A stretch of DNA of 64,000 nt from an uncultured delta proteobacterium (GTDB lineage: Bacteria > Desulfobacterota > Binatia > UBA9968). The notes beneath the pieces are model-generated. The model was not told the DNA's origin. It ran no database searches and saw nothing but the letters and a program-made list of their open reading frames with translations. Positions within the stretch are counted from its first letter, which is position 1. Every line of letters begins with the position of its first letter. Positions 42,689 through 52,796 of the stretch are shown here, piece after piece. Position numbers and translations under genes: made by a program. Where the stretch lies: contig CAVWLW010000032.1 in assembly GCA_963755715.1 (NCBI GenBank), positions 1-64,000 on the forward strand, given 5' to 3'.

Positions 42689-43274
42689 AAGCTGGTGTGA
42701 AAATGTCTCCGTTCACCTGCGAAAGGACTTGGGGCTTATACCTAGCGCACCTCTAGACGTGAAAGCCTTGGCGGAGTGGCTGCATATAGAAATATGGACT
42801 CCTCACCAAATTCCTGGGCTTGAGTCGAAATGGACGCATGTACTTCTTAAGAAAGATCCCGATGCCTGGTCGGCAGTCACATTAGCCATAAACTCCAAGA
42901 ATTTGATTATTTTGAACTCTTCTCATTCTAAAGCACGTCAAGCAAGTGACCTGACGCACGAACTATCTCATATCTTGATAGGCCACGAGGCTGGTCGGGT
43001 AGATATCTCACCGGACGGGTTGTTGATGCTGAACACTTACAATAGAGACCAGGAGGATGAAGCAAATTGGATGGCGGGGTGCTTGCTCTTGCCAAGAGAA
43101 GCCTTGGCGGTTGCTATAAAGCAACAGGTCGACTTCGAGATTACAGCAAAAAAATACGGAGTGAACCGTGAGATGCTACGTTGGCGGCTTAACGTAACCG
43201 GCGTGCAACGTCAGTTTGCACGAGGGCATAACAGGGCTCTGGGGTCTAACTTCCTAGGTCCCGACGCTGATTAA
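42670..43274 (+). CDS. ImmA/IrrE-family zinc metallopeptidase (CapP-like); 5' end frameshifted
   Basis: WSAVT, IILNSSHS..RQASDLTHELSH (HExxH), QEDEANWMAGCLLLPR, YGVNREMLRWR. Confidence 0.85.
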
Positions 43275-43478
43275 CGACGGAGCAGGGCTATTCAGGTAAA
43301 TGTGGCAATGAAACGTTCTTATCGACTTTTGATAGAGGGCCTGGCTTTTGAATCTCATCATTTCCAACAATCAAAAAGAAAGATTTGAGACAGCATCGAA
43401 AGATTCGACACTAACAGCTACTATAAAGAAATTTTGACCTGAAACGTATTCCCCGTACCGAGACCGAGTAGGGACGCC

Positions 43479-44495
43479 ATGACAGTTCGCATTGCCCAGT
43501 TCGTGCACGCCACCCACGATGTGGTGGACGAAGCTTTCCTGCGGGAATTTCCTGAAGTCGAGGCGGTGAAGGCCAATAACCTCGAAGCCCTGTCCGATGC
43601 GCTCGCCGGGGCGGAAATCTTCCATGTCTACAATTCCGCCTTTACACCGGAGTTCGCGAAGCTCGTGCGCGACAAGGGTCGTGCGCTGAAGTGGATTCAG
43701 TTCACGACCGTAGGCATCGATGTCGCGCTGAGAGTGGGACTGCCCGACGGCGTTTGGGTCACGAATTCCGGCGATGTGAGCCAGCGGGTGCTGGCCGGGC
43801 ACGCCATCGCCCTGATGCTTGGCGTGATGCGGGGATTCCGTAGATTCGAGCCGCTGCGTGCGCGGCATGATTATGCGCGGCAGAGCTTGCCCCGCTACAT
43901 GGTCGCGCCCGATGGCGCGCGCATGGTGATCCTCGGCATGGGCCGCATCGGTCAGGACATCGCGCGCAAGGCCAAGGCATTCGACATGGAGGTGATCTGC
44001 GTCACCCGCGCGCCCGCTCCCGCCGTGCCCGAGATCGACCGCGTGGTGCCCCGGGAAAAGGTGGACGAGGTGCTTCCTACTGCCGACGCGGTAATGATCG
44101 CGATGCCGCTCGACGCCGGCACTCAAGGATTTTTAAGCGCGGCAAGAATCGCGCTCATGAAAGAGACGGCTATCCTGGTAAATATCTCCCGCGGCAAGGT
44201 GGTGGACGAAGCCGCTCTGGCCCGCGCCCTCGCCGAAGGCCGCATCATGGGGGCAGGGCTCGACGCTTTCGCCAAAGAACCGTTGCCCGCGGATAGTCCG
44301 CTCTGGGATCTCCCCAACGTGCTGATGACGCCCCATGTCGGCGGTAACGGCGGGCGCGAATTGTGGCGGCGGATGAGCGAACTTGTGCGCGACAACACGC
44401 GCCGCTATCTTTCGGGTGCGCCGCTCAAACACGTAGTGAGAACACCCGATGGGACGCTTCAAGGTTTTGAAAACCCGCAGGCTGGCAACTCATAG
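43479..44495 (+). CDS. D-2-hydroxyacid dehydrogenase family protein
   Basis: LKWIQ, ILGMGRIG, LVNISRGKVVDE, GAGLDAFAKEPLP, TPHVGG. Confidence 0.92.
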   Translation: MTVRIAQFVHATHDVVDEAFLREFPEVEAVKANNLEALSDALAGAEIFHVYNSAFTPEFAKLVRDKGRALKWIQFTTVGIDVALRVGLPDGVWVTNSGDVSQRVLAGHAIALMLGVMRGFRRFEPLRARHDYARQSLPRYMVAPDGARMVILGMGRIGQDIARKAKAFDMEVICVTRAPAPAVPEIDRVVPREKVDEVLPTADAVMIAMPLDAGTQGFLSAARIALMKETAILVNISRGKVVDEAALARALAEGRIMGAGLDAFAKEPLPADSPLWDLPNVLMTPHVGGNGGRELWRRMSELVRDNTRRYLSGAPLKHVVRTPDGTLQGFENPQAGNS

Positions 44496-44521
44496 TGGGT
44501 GAATCTGAGGTCGAGAGTTTT

Positions 44522-44725
44522 ATGCGAAAGACCAAAACCACTCGCTACGACGTTGCCGAACACCTGCGAACACCGGAGGAAATGGCGGCATATCTTGAGG
44601 CTTGCCTCGATGAGGCAAAAGGAGATGCCGCCTTTATAGCCAAAGCTCTCGGCGATATTGCACGCGCCCGCGGCATGACGCAGGTGGCGCGTGACACCTT
44701 TCGGTTTCAAGCATTGGCACGCTGA
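44522..44725 (+). pseudogene. Addiction-module antidote protein (HI1420 family), truncated; no toxin
   Basis: RYDVAEHLRTPEEMAAYLEACL..ALGDIARARGMTQVARDT, then breaks off before the HTH is complete. Confidence 0.75.
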
Positions 44726-44805
44726 GGCGGCTGAGAGGTAATTAAGAGTCGTGCCGGAGCGTTGCACTGCTGCCTGGCGTGGGAATGGAAAGGGGAAACG
44801 AAAAC

Positions 44806-45468
44806 ATGATCGACGAAAGCTATAACGCAATCAAAAACGATTTCATCATGGCGCTTCGGATCATTTACCGTGAGGGACTGAGCGACGCGTTTGCTCATCT
44901 CAGCCTGCGCAGCAACGAGGGCGATGAAATGATGTTCATGCCGCGCAAGAGTCCGGCTATAGTCAAGAGCGAGGAATTGTTTTTTGTCGACTTCGATAAA
45001 TCCGTGCCGCAGTCTTCCTTGCACCAGGCGATCTATAAAGCCCGTCCCGATGTCAAAGCGGTTTTTCACTTCCACTCGCCGGCGGTGGTTCTGCTGAGCG
45101 TCGTCGGCCAAACCATTCGGCCGATGCATAACTACAGCGCGATTTTCTACGAAGGCGTGCCGCTCTATACCGGAACGGGGCAGGTCGAATCGCCGGCGCG
45201 GGCCGGGGAAATGGCCAAGTTGCTCGGCAACGCCAAGGCGTTGATGCTGCGCGGACACGGCGCCGTAGTCGTCGGACAGTCGATTCGTGAGGTTTGCATC
45301 TTGGCGCTTTTCTTAGAGGAGTCGGCGCGGCTGCAAACCGAAGCGATAAAACTGGGTACGCCGATGTTTATGGAGCGCGACGAAGCCGAGAAGATCGCCA
45401 AGCGAACCTTCAAGCCGACCTCCGTCGAACGTGCTTGGGACCATTTTGTCGCGAAATACGCCGATTGA
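44806..45468 (+). CDS. Class II aldolase/adducin family protein
   Basis: DAFAHLSLR, LHQAIYKARPDVKAVFHFHS, LMLRGHG. Confidence 0.9.
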   Translation: MIDESYNAIKNDFIMALRIIYREGLSDAFAHLSLRSNEGDEMMFMPRKSPAIVKSEELFFVDFDKSVPQSSLHQAIYKARPDVKAVFHFHSPAVVLLSVVGQTIRPMHNYSAIFYEGVPLYTGTGQVESPARAGEMAKLLGNAKALMLRGHGAVVVGQSIREVCILALFLEESARLQTEAIKLGTPMFMERDEAEKIAKRTFKPTSVERAWDHFVAKYAD

Positions 45469-45631
45469 TTTTGTTGTTCGGCCGGGCAGCCCGATCTCAT
45501 CGACTGGAAATGGTCGGTTAATATCTCTCTCGGGGATGGTTGAAAATCCCTCGCCTTCAGGCGAGTGAGAGTTCGTCATGCCGGCGAACGCCGACATCCA
45601 GGTTCGTTTTGGAAAACTATACCGGCGCGCC

Positions 45632-45754
45632 GGCAATTACGAAAAGGCTAAGACGCAGCTCGCCAACGGCGTTGCAATGATGCGCGAGATGGAGATGGGA
45701 CTGTGGCTGCAAAAGGCTGAGGCTGAGTTGAGGGAACTAGAATCATTCCGTTAA
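45632..45754 (+). pseudogene. C-terminal remnant resembling the TPR tail of AAA-ATPase/adenylate cyclase signalling proteins
   Basis: GNYEKAKTQLANGVAMMREMEMGLWLQKAEAELRELESFR*, with no upstream ORF. Confidence 0.4.
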
Positions 45755-45789
45755 CCAGACACCCTGTTGAAATTCTGCTTGGCCTAAAA

Positions 45790-45906
45790 ATGAAGCGCAA
45801 TGTGCGGGAAGTCGGTTCGAGCTGGAATGCGGCGAATTTATTGACTCGAAAAACTACCGGCTTGGGGCGGTTGCAATCCGAGATGCGCACGGAATACAAG
45901 AACTAA
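45790..45906 (+). repeat. Degenerate duplicate of the thyX 3' end (copy 3)
   Basis: ECGEFIDSKNYRLG(x)RLQSEMRTEYKN* versus thyX ECGKFIDWKKYRLGRLQSEMRTEFK. Confidence 0.85.
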
Positions 45907-45930
45907 AATTTGAATAACAAAGGGACAAAT

Positions 45931-46926
45931 ATGAAATGCCGGCTTACCTTGATGGCCGCCTTGACCGTATCGCTCTGCTTCATTCGCGCTTCGATGGCGC
46001 CGGCCCAAGTTGCGAGAATCAAAGTCGGCTACTCCTCGATCGGTGTCGGCCAGTCGCTCGTCTGGGTTGCTAAAGAGGCGGGGCTTTTCAAGGAGAACGG
46101 GCTCGATGTGCAGCTTATTTTTATCGGCAGCTCGAGTATCCTGACTCAAGCCGTGATCGCCGGCGACGTGCCGATCGCGATCATGTCCGGCACGGCGGCG
46201 ATCGGCTCGCAATTGGCGGGATCGGACGTTGTCATGGCTGCGAGCACAAAAAAAGATCCAGCCCAGGCATTTCTGGTCACCGCAAAAGGAATTTCACAAC
46301 CCGCGCAGCTCAAGGGGAAAAGACTGGCGGTGAGCCGGCTCGGCGCATCTTCGGATTTTATCCTCAGGTTGATTCTCAAAAAGATCGGCTTAGTGCCGGA
46401 CAAAGACGTGGCGATTGTGCAGATCGGCTCTTCGCCGGTCAGAATGGCCGCCTTGGTCAATGGCGCCGCCGATGGCACGGCGCTGACCTTCGAAGAGATG
46501 ATGGTGGCCAAGAAAATGGGTTTTAACGTCATGCTCAACCTCGTGGAGTTGGGTGTCGAATCGCTAAACAGCGACGTCGTGACGACGCGAAAATTTATGC
46601 GGGAGTCGCGGGAAACCGTCCAACGGTTCATCAAGGGCATGATCAAAGGAGTGAGTTTCTTCGCCGCCAATAAAAAATTTTCCATGGATGTTATTGCCCG
46701 CTACACCAAGAGCAACGACACGGAAAAGATCGAATATGGCTATGACTATGCGGCAAAAATCTTTCTCAGGAAGCCTTACCCGCCGATCAAGGGAATCCAA
46801 CTCGCCCTCGAAGAGATCGGCGAAAGAACTCCCGCGGCGAAGACAGCGAGTCCGGAGCAGTTTATCGACATCTCTATCGTAAAAGAGCTCGATCAGAGCG
46901 GCTTTATCGATGCGCTTTACAAATAG
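45931..46926 (+). CDS. ABC transporter substrate-binding protein, NMT1/SsuA-like
   Basis: Signal peptide; WVAKEAGLFKENGLDV, QLKGKRLAVSR, FIDISIVKELDQSGFIDALY. Confidence 0.88.
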   Translation: MKCRLTLMAALTVSLCFIRASMAPAQVARIKVGYSSIGVGQSLVWVAKEAGLFKENGLDVQLIFIGSSSILTQAVIAGDVPIAIMSGTAAIGSQLAGSDVVMAASTKKDPAQAFLVTAKGISQPAQLKGKRLAVSRLGASSDFILRLILKKIGLVPDKDVAIVQIGSSPVRMAALVNGAADGTALTFEEMMVAKKMGFNVMLNLVELGVESLNSDVVTTRKFMRESRETVQRFIKGMIKGVSFFAANKKFSMDVIARYTKSNDTEKIEYGYDYAAKIFLRKPYPPIKGIQLALEEIGERTPAAKTASPEQFIDISIVKELDQSGFIDALYK

Positions 46927-46941
46927 AATCGGAGAAGATCT

Positions 46942-47941
46942 ATGCGGCTTGCGGTCAGATTAACTAGCGTCATTCTCGGACTGCTGCTTGCGCCAGTGGT
47001 AGCTTCGATTGCCCGCGCGGCGTCGGTGCCCCAGAAAGCGACCTTCACTTACGGCGGCTTGAATGAACGCAGCGGTGTGCTGTTCGTCGCGCGCGATGCG
47101 GGGATTTTTCAGAAGCATGGCTTGGACGCGACGATCGTCAATGTGCGTAATGCGCAGGTCGGCATGTCGGCGCTCGCCGGAGGGGAGACTCAGTTCCACG
47201 TCGGGCTCGGCCACGGGTACCTCTATCGGAGCCATGGCGGGCGGTCTCGATCTCGCTTTTATCGCGGGGCTGATCAATAAGCTCGACGGCGCGTTTGTCG
47301 TCAATTCGAGCATTCGTTCTCCGGCGGATCTCAAGGGCAAACGGATCGGTATTCAGAGCATCGGCGGCGGTGTTTGGATGTTTACCATGCTCGCCTTCGA
47401 TCACTGGGGGCTCGATCCCGATCGCGATAAGATTCAGTTTCGCATCCTCGGCGACCAATCGGTGCAGGCCCAGGCGATCGCCCAGAACGTTATCGACGGC
47501 GGGTATCTCAGCTATTCCTACGGCGCGCAGTTGGAGCGCCAGGGATATCGAATCATGGCCGACCTGATAAAGATGGGCATTCCGTATCAGGGCCTGGGCG
47601 TCATGGCGAAGCGCAGCTTGATCGACAAAAATCCCGAACTACCGGAGCGAGCGCTGCGGGCGCTGGTGGAGACGATCACTTTCGTCAACAATCCGGCTAA
47701 CAAGAACGTCGTGGTGAAATCTCTGGTGAAAGAGCTCCGGCTAACGAAAGTCGAAGATGCCCAGGCCGGTTATGAAATGATGCGGGTGCTTTTTGAAAAG
47801 CGCATCTATCCCAATGTTGACGGTTTGCGCAACGTCATTCGCCTCCTCGGTCGTACCAGCGAGCCCATCCGCAAGCTCAAGGTCGAGGACATCATCGACG
47901 ACCGCGTGGTGCGGAAGTTGGAAAAGGAAGGGCTCTTCTAG
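46942..47941 (+). CDS. ABC transporter substrate-binding protein, NMT1/SsuA-like (frameshift near 47200)
   Basis: VARDAGIFQKHGLD, DLKGKRIGIQS, IIDDRVVRKLEKEG. Confidence 0.85.
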
Positions 47942-48076
47942 GCAGGCTGCTGAAAAAGACCCATATGCATTCGTTGCGCACTCGATCGATTGCGCGTCAA
48001 CGTACAAGAGTACGCCTCCGCTGTGCCAGTCAGATCCTTCGCGCGCCTCGCCTCTGGATCTTTTTGAGCAGCCTGC
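47942..48076. mobile_element. MITE-like non-autonomous element with 17-bp terminal inverted repeats
   Basis: GCAGGCTGCTGAAAAAG (47942-47958) and CTTTTTGAGCAGCCTGC (48060-48076), one mismatch; no coding capacity. Confidence 0.65.
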
Positions 48077-48093
48077 AAGAGGCTTTTTCACTA

Positions 48094-48176
48094 GGAATGG
48101 AGTCACTGGAATAATGGAGTGATGGAGTGATGCGTTAAGACCCAGCATTCCAACACTCCAGTACTCCATCACTCCA
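48094..48176. repeat. Inverted array of 8-bp TGGAGTGA-like units
   Basis: ggaatggagtcactggaataatggagtgatggagtgatg ... cattccaacactccagtactccatcactcca. Confidence 0.65.
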
Positions 48177-48269
48177 ACCGTCTCGACCTTGACGCTCCCG
48201 CGCCTCTGGTGGTAGACCTGCCCGTAGATTCAAAGTACGTAAACCACGCGTTCTAAGGAGGAAAAGTTT

Positions 48270-49331
48270 ATGGCTGGCAACGGCAGTAATGCAGGATTTG
48301 AAGTTTTAATTTCTTCTGACTCCCACGTGATGGAGCCGTCAGAGATTCTCGCCGAGCGAGCGCCGCAATCATTCAAAGATCAAGTACCACGCTTTCCGAA
48401 GTTGGAAGTCGGCAGCAGTTTCCAAACTCATCCCGGCGGATCGGACCCGACGCACCGAATCAAAGAGATGGAAACCGACGGTCTCAGCGCCGAAGTGCTC
48501 TTCCCGACGTATCTGTTGCCCCACTTCGCTATGGACGATGGTAAGCTCCAGGCAGTCTGTTTCCGCGCCTACAACGATTGGCTGATCGAGTATTGCAACG
48601 TGTCGCCGAAGCGCTTGATCGGGATCGCCGCGATCTCCGTCTACGATATCGATGAAGCTGTAAAGGAACTCGAGCGCTGCGCCAAGGCCGGCATAAAGGG
48701 CTCGATCATCTGGCAGGCGCCGCACCCGGATTTGCCGTTTCACTCGGAACACTACAACAAGTTCTGGGCGGCGTCACAGGATTTAGAAATTCCCGTGCAT
48801 TTGCACATTCTGACCGGTCATGGTTACCACAAGGAGTCCGTGTTCGGGAATAAAAGGACCGGAGTTGAGGCTTATCGAGGCAGCGTCAACCTGAAGCTAA
48901 AGGAAATCATCGACGCATATTTCGAATTGATCTTTTACGGCGTGTTCGAGCGCTATCCCAAGCTAAGATTCGTCGGCGTCGAGAATGAAATCGGCTGGAT
49001 GCCCTTCATGCTGCAGCAATGGGATTACTATTACAATCGCTTCAAGAAGGTGAATCCTCTCCCGATCACCAAGAATCCTAGCGAGTATTTCAAGAATCAG
49101 ATTTTTGGAACGTTTTTTAGAGATACGGTCGCGGGACACAATTTTGAGCATTGGGGACAGGACAACTGCATGTGGTCCAACGACTATCCGCACGGCAATT
49201 CGACCTGGCCGGATTCGAAAAAATTTATCGACCGCGACCTCGGCCACTTGCCGGCCGATATTCGCAAGAAGCTGGTCTATACCAACGTGAAAAATCTCTA
49301 CGACATCGATATTCCGCATCCGGTGCAGTAG
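48270..49331 (+). CDS. Amidohydrolase_2 family metal-dependent hydrolase/decarboxylase
   Basis: ISSDSHVME, RAYNDW, PVHLH, GVFERYPKLR..VENEIGW, MWSNDYPH. Confidence 0.92.
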   Translation: MAGNGSNAGFEVLISSDSHVMEPSEILAERAPQSFKDQVPRFPKLEVGSSFQTHPGGSDPTHRIKEMETDGLSAEVLFPTYLLPHFAMDDGKLQAVCFRAYNDWLIEYCNVSPKRLIGIAAISVYDIDEAVKELERCAKAGIKGSIIWQAPHPDLPFHSEHYNKFWAASQDLEIPVHLHILTGHGYHKESVFGNKRTGVEAYRGSVNLKLKEIIDAYFELIFYGVFERYPKLRFVGVENEIGWMPFMLQQWDYYYNRFKKVNPLPITKNPSEYFKNQIFGTFFRDTVAGHNFEHWGQDNCMWSNDYPHGNSTWPDSKKFIDRDLGHLPADIRKKLVYTNVKNLYDIDIPHPVQ

Positions 49332-49565
49332 GGGCGCGGATTTGGTCGTGTGACCCATTGGCGCGCTGGCGGACGAGACGAAGTCTGACAGCGCGCCATT
49401 TTTTTGGCCGTAGTGTATCGCGGAAGATATGATTCAACTCTTACCACGAAGGACAGCGATAGTTCGAACGAAGGTTTAATCTCAATTGGGATCCGAGGAC
49501 CCTTCGTGTCCATTCGCGTGACTTCGTGAGTTAAGACAAGTACAACTCGATACATAGGAGGTTTT

Positions 49566-51315
49566 ATGCCCGCACGTTACGGTTCCGATCTGGTCGTCGA
49601 TCTGCTCAAAATTCTTGGCATCGAATATGTCGCGCTCAATCCCGGCTCGAGCTTTCGCGGCATTCACGATTCTCTGGTCAATTACGAGAGCGGCCGCACG
49701 CCGAATCCCGAAATGATTCTCTGCTGCCATGAAGAGATCGCCGTGGCGGTGGCGCACGGCTACGCCAAGGCGACGGGCAAGATCATGCCGGCGATCGTGC
49801 ACAACGTCGTCGGTCTGCAGCACGCCTCGATGGCGATCTACAACGCCTGGTGCGATCACACGCCGGTGATGGTCATGGGCGGCACCGGGCCGATGAACTC
49901 CGCCAAACGCCGTCCCTGGATCGACTGGATTCACACGGCGCAGGTGCAGGGCAATCTGGTGCGCGATTTCGTCAAGTGGGACGATCAGCCGGTGGGCATC
50001 GAGGCGTTTCCGTCCTCGATCATGCGCGGCTATCGCATCGCCATGAGCGATCCGGGCGGGCCCGTGTATCTTTGCTTCGACGTCACCGATCAGGAGGCCG
50101 CGATCGAAAAAGAAATTCCCCTGCCCGATCCGAAGCGTTTCCGCCCCGCGGCGCCGCTGCAGGCGGACTACGATGCGATCAAAGAAGCGGCGCAGTTACT
50201 CGCGTCGGCGCAAAACCCGGTGATCCTCGCCGACTATGTGGGGCGGAACAACGACGCGGTGTTGAGCCTGGTGGCCCTCGCCGATCTGCTGTCGATTCCG
50301 GTCATCGATCTCGGTGCGCGCTTGAATTTCCCCAACACGCATGCGCTCAATCTCACCGGCAGGAATCGCGAGCTGATCGCCAATGCCGACGTGATCATGG
50401 GTCTCGACGTCACCGATCTTTACGGCGCGCTGGTGCGCACGGATCCCAACACGCACGCCAACGTTCCCGCGACCAAACCCGGCTGCAAAGTGATCAACGT
50501 CACGCTCAAAGATATCGTAGTGCGCGGCTGGACCAGCGACTTTCAGGAGCTGGCGCCGGTGGATTTGCCGATCGTCGCGAATACCCGAGTTTTTCTCCCG
50601 CGCTTTGGCCGAAGAGATCAGGAAGCAGGGAAAATTTTCCAAGAGCGTCGTCGATGACCGGCGCAAGGCAATGGCGGCGCAGCATGAAGAAGTCCATGCG
50701 CGCTGGCAAGCCGATCTCAAGAAGCGCTGGGACGAGCGGCCGATCGCGCCGCCGCGTTTAGCCTGGGAAATTTGGGAAGCATTAAAAAAAGAAGATTGGC
50801 TGCTGGTGGCTGGCGCTTTTCGCGGTTGGCCGAGCCGTCTGTGGACTTGGGACAAGCCCGGTCTCTTTCTCGGCGGCTACGGCGGCGGTGGTTTGGGTTA
50901 TGGTCCGGCGGCATCGGTCGGCGCGTCGCTGCCCTACCGCGGCACGGGCAAGATCTGCGTCAATCTGCAGCGCGACGGCGAGATGCTTTACACGCCGAGC
51001 GCCCTGTGGACTGCGGCGAATACCGGCGTGCCGTTCTTGACGATAATGACCAACAATCGGGTTTATTATAACGACGTGGAGCATCAGGAAAAAGTTGCGA
51101 TCCACCGCGGCCGGCCGGTTGAGAACAAACTCGTCGGTATGGAAATGGCCAAGCCCCCGGTCGACTTTGCCAACTTGGCCCGCTCCTTCAGTCTTCACGG
51201 CGAGGGACCGATCACCGAACCGGAGCAGATTCGTCCGGCGGTGGAACGGGCGATCAAGGTCATCAAAGAAGAAAAACGACCGGCCTTGGTCGATGTGTAC
51301 ATGCAGATGGTGTGA
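49566..51315 (+). CDS. Thiamine pyrophosphate-binding enzyme, acetolactate synthase/benzoylformate decarboxylase-like (frameshift near 50600)
   Basis: NPGSSF, CHEEIAVAVAHGYAKA, PGGPVYL, GGGLGYG, DG..NN TPP motif. Confidence 0.88.
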
Positions 51316-51350
51316 CGCATCGTCGGCGGGAGCAGAGCAGGAGATCGACT

Positions 51351-52352
51351 ATGGGCAGAGCGAAACTGCTGCGTTTGAGTTTGATCGTTGGTTTAGTCTG
51401 GGGCAGCGCTGGCGTTGTCAACGCACAGAGCAAGCCACTCAAGAAGATCCGCGTGGGCGTGCCGTCGGTCGGCGTTGCGAATATCATTATCTTTGTCACC
51501 AAGGAAGCCAAGCTGTATGAAAAGTATGGGCTCGACGGCGAAGTCATCACGATCAACGGTTCGGGAATCGCCTCGAAAGCATTGATCAGCGGCAATATCG
51601 ATATCTGTCCCGTCGCGACGCCGACGGTGATCGCCGCGAATCTCGCCGGATCGGATATGCAGATTCTTGCGCATACTATGCCCGGCGTCGTTCATGCGCT
51701 GATGGTGAGACCGGAGATCAAGCGGGTGGAAGATCTCAAAGGCAAAAAAATCGCCGTGTCGAGCCTCGGCTCGCTGACCGATTTTCTGGTGAAGGCGATC
51801 GCCAAGAAGAAGGGTCTCAATCCGGATCGCGATTTCACCTTCATCCAAATGGGTGGCGACGGCGAGCGCATCGCCGCGCTCAAGGCCGGAGTCGTCGACG
51901 CCGCGGCGCTATCCCATCCCGGCTATGGGACGGCGCGGAAAATAGGCTTTCCGATGCTGTGGGACGCGGCCAAGGAGCTCGACTATCCGTGGATGGAAAT
52001 CACGACGCGGCGGGCGACGATCAAGAGCGATCGAGAACTGGTCATGAATTACGTCAAGGCGCATCTCGATGGGATCGCACTGTTCAAAAAAGATCGCGAC
52101 TTCGGCCGCAAGGTGATCAAAAAGACCTTGCGCATGGACGATGACGAGTTGGTCAACGAGTCCTATGAAATTTATTCCAAAGCATTTATCCCGGCGCCCT
52201 ATCCCAATCTTCCCGGCATGAAAGTCAGCTTCGAATACGTCGCCGCGACACGGCCGGACGTCTGGAGCCACAAGGCCGAAGAATTCGCCGACCCAAGTTT
52301 CGTCGCCGAGCTGGACAAGAGCGGGTTTATCAAGTCGCTGTATGGGAAATAA
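51351..52352 (+). CDS. ABC transporter substrate-binding protein, NMT1/SsuA-like
   Basis: Signal peptide; TKEAKLYEKYGLD, EDLKGKKIAVSSLGSLTD, FVAELDKSGFIKSLY. Confidence 0.88.
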   Translation: MGRAKLLRLSLIVGLVWGSAGVVNAQSKPLKKIRVGVPSVGVANIIIFVTKEAKLYEKYGLDGEVITINGSGIASKALISGNIDICPVATPTVIAANLAGSDMQILAHTMPGVVHALMVRPEIKRVEDLKGKKIAVSSLGSLTDFLVKAIAKKKGLNPDRDFTFIQMGGDGERIAALKAGVVDAAALSHPGYGTARKIGFPMLWDAAKELDYPWMEITTRRATIKSDRELVMNYVKAHLDGIALFKKDRDFGRKVIKKTLRMDDDELVNESYEIYSKAFIPAPYPNLPGMKVSFEYVAATRPDVWSHKAEEFADPSFVAELDKSGFIKSLYGK

Positions 52353-52396
52353 CGCTGACAGCCATGTGCGAAGCTTAAAGAATCTTTTGCCGCAGC

Positions 52397-52796
52397 TCAT
52401 CGAGCGTATAGCAAGACTTTGCCCTTGCCTCGTCTACGATCAATGCTGCGATACACGAACTCCACTCCGTCAATAGATCTTCGGTTTCCCGGCAGGTCAA
52501 TCACATGGCTGCCGTGACCTTCGCGAAAACGCGCCTGGATTTTCGGTCTAAACTTCTTGCCGTCGTCAAAGGTCACGACCATCTCGCGGATCTCGATCGG
52601 CGCATCTCTGACTTCCGATTCGCAATTCCCGGAATGGTCCGTCATTCTGTTTGACGTCAATTCGATCGTGATCGTTGTCGAAATTCACCTCTTGCTCACC
52701 TAATAGCTGCCATCGACCGCCTTTTTGTGTCGCGCCGGAAACGCCGGCGCAGAGCAGTACAATCAAAAGTATTGCGAACATGAATGACCGCTTCAT
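52397..52796 (-). CDS. Secreted hypothetical protein, DUF2541-like (frameshift near 52615)
   Basis: Signal peptide; WQLLGEQEVNFDNDHDRIDV..GPFRELR..VVTFDDG..IDLPGNRRSI..F.YRS. Confidence 0.65.

Noticed and set aside
37603-45790. Prophage or autonomous ICE
   Set aside because: No integrase, structural, replication or conjugation genes recognised between the thyX repeats.
48094-48176. CRISPR array
   Set aside because: Short 8-bp units in inverted arrangement with no unique spacers. No repeat-spacer array or cas gene was seen anywhere in the window.
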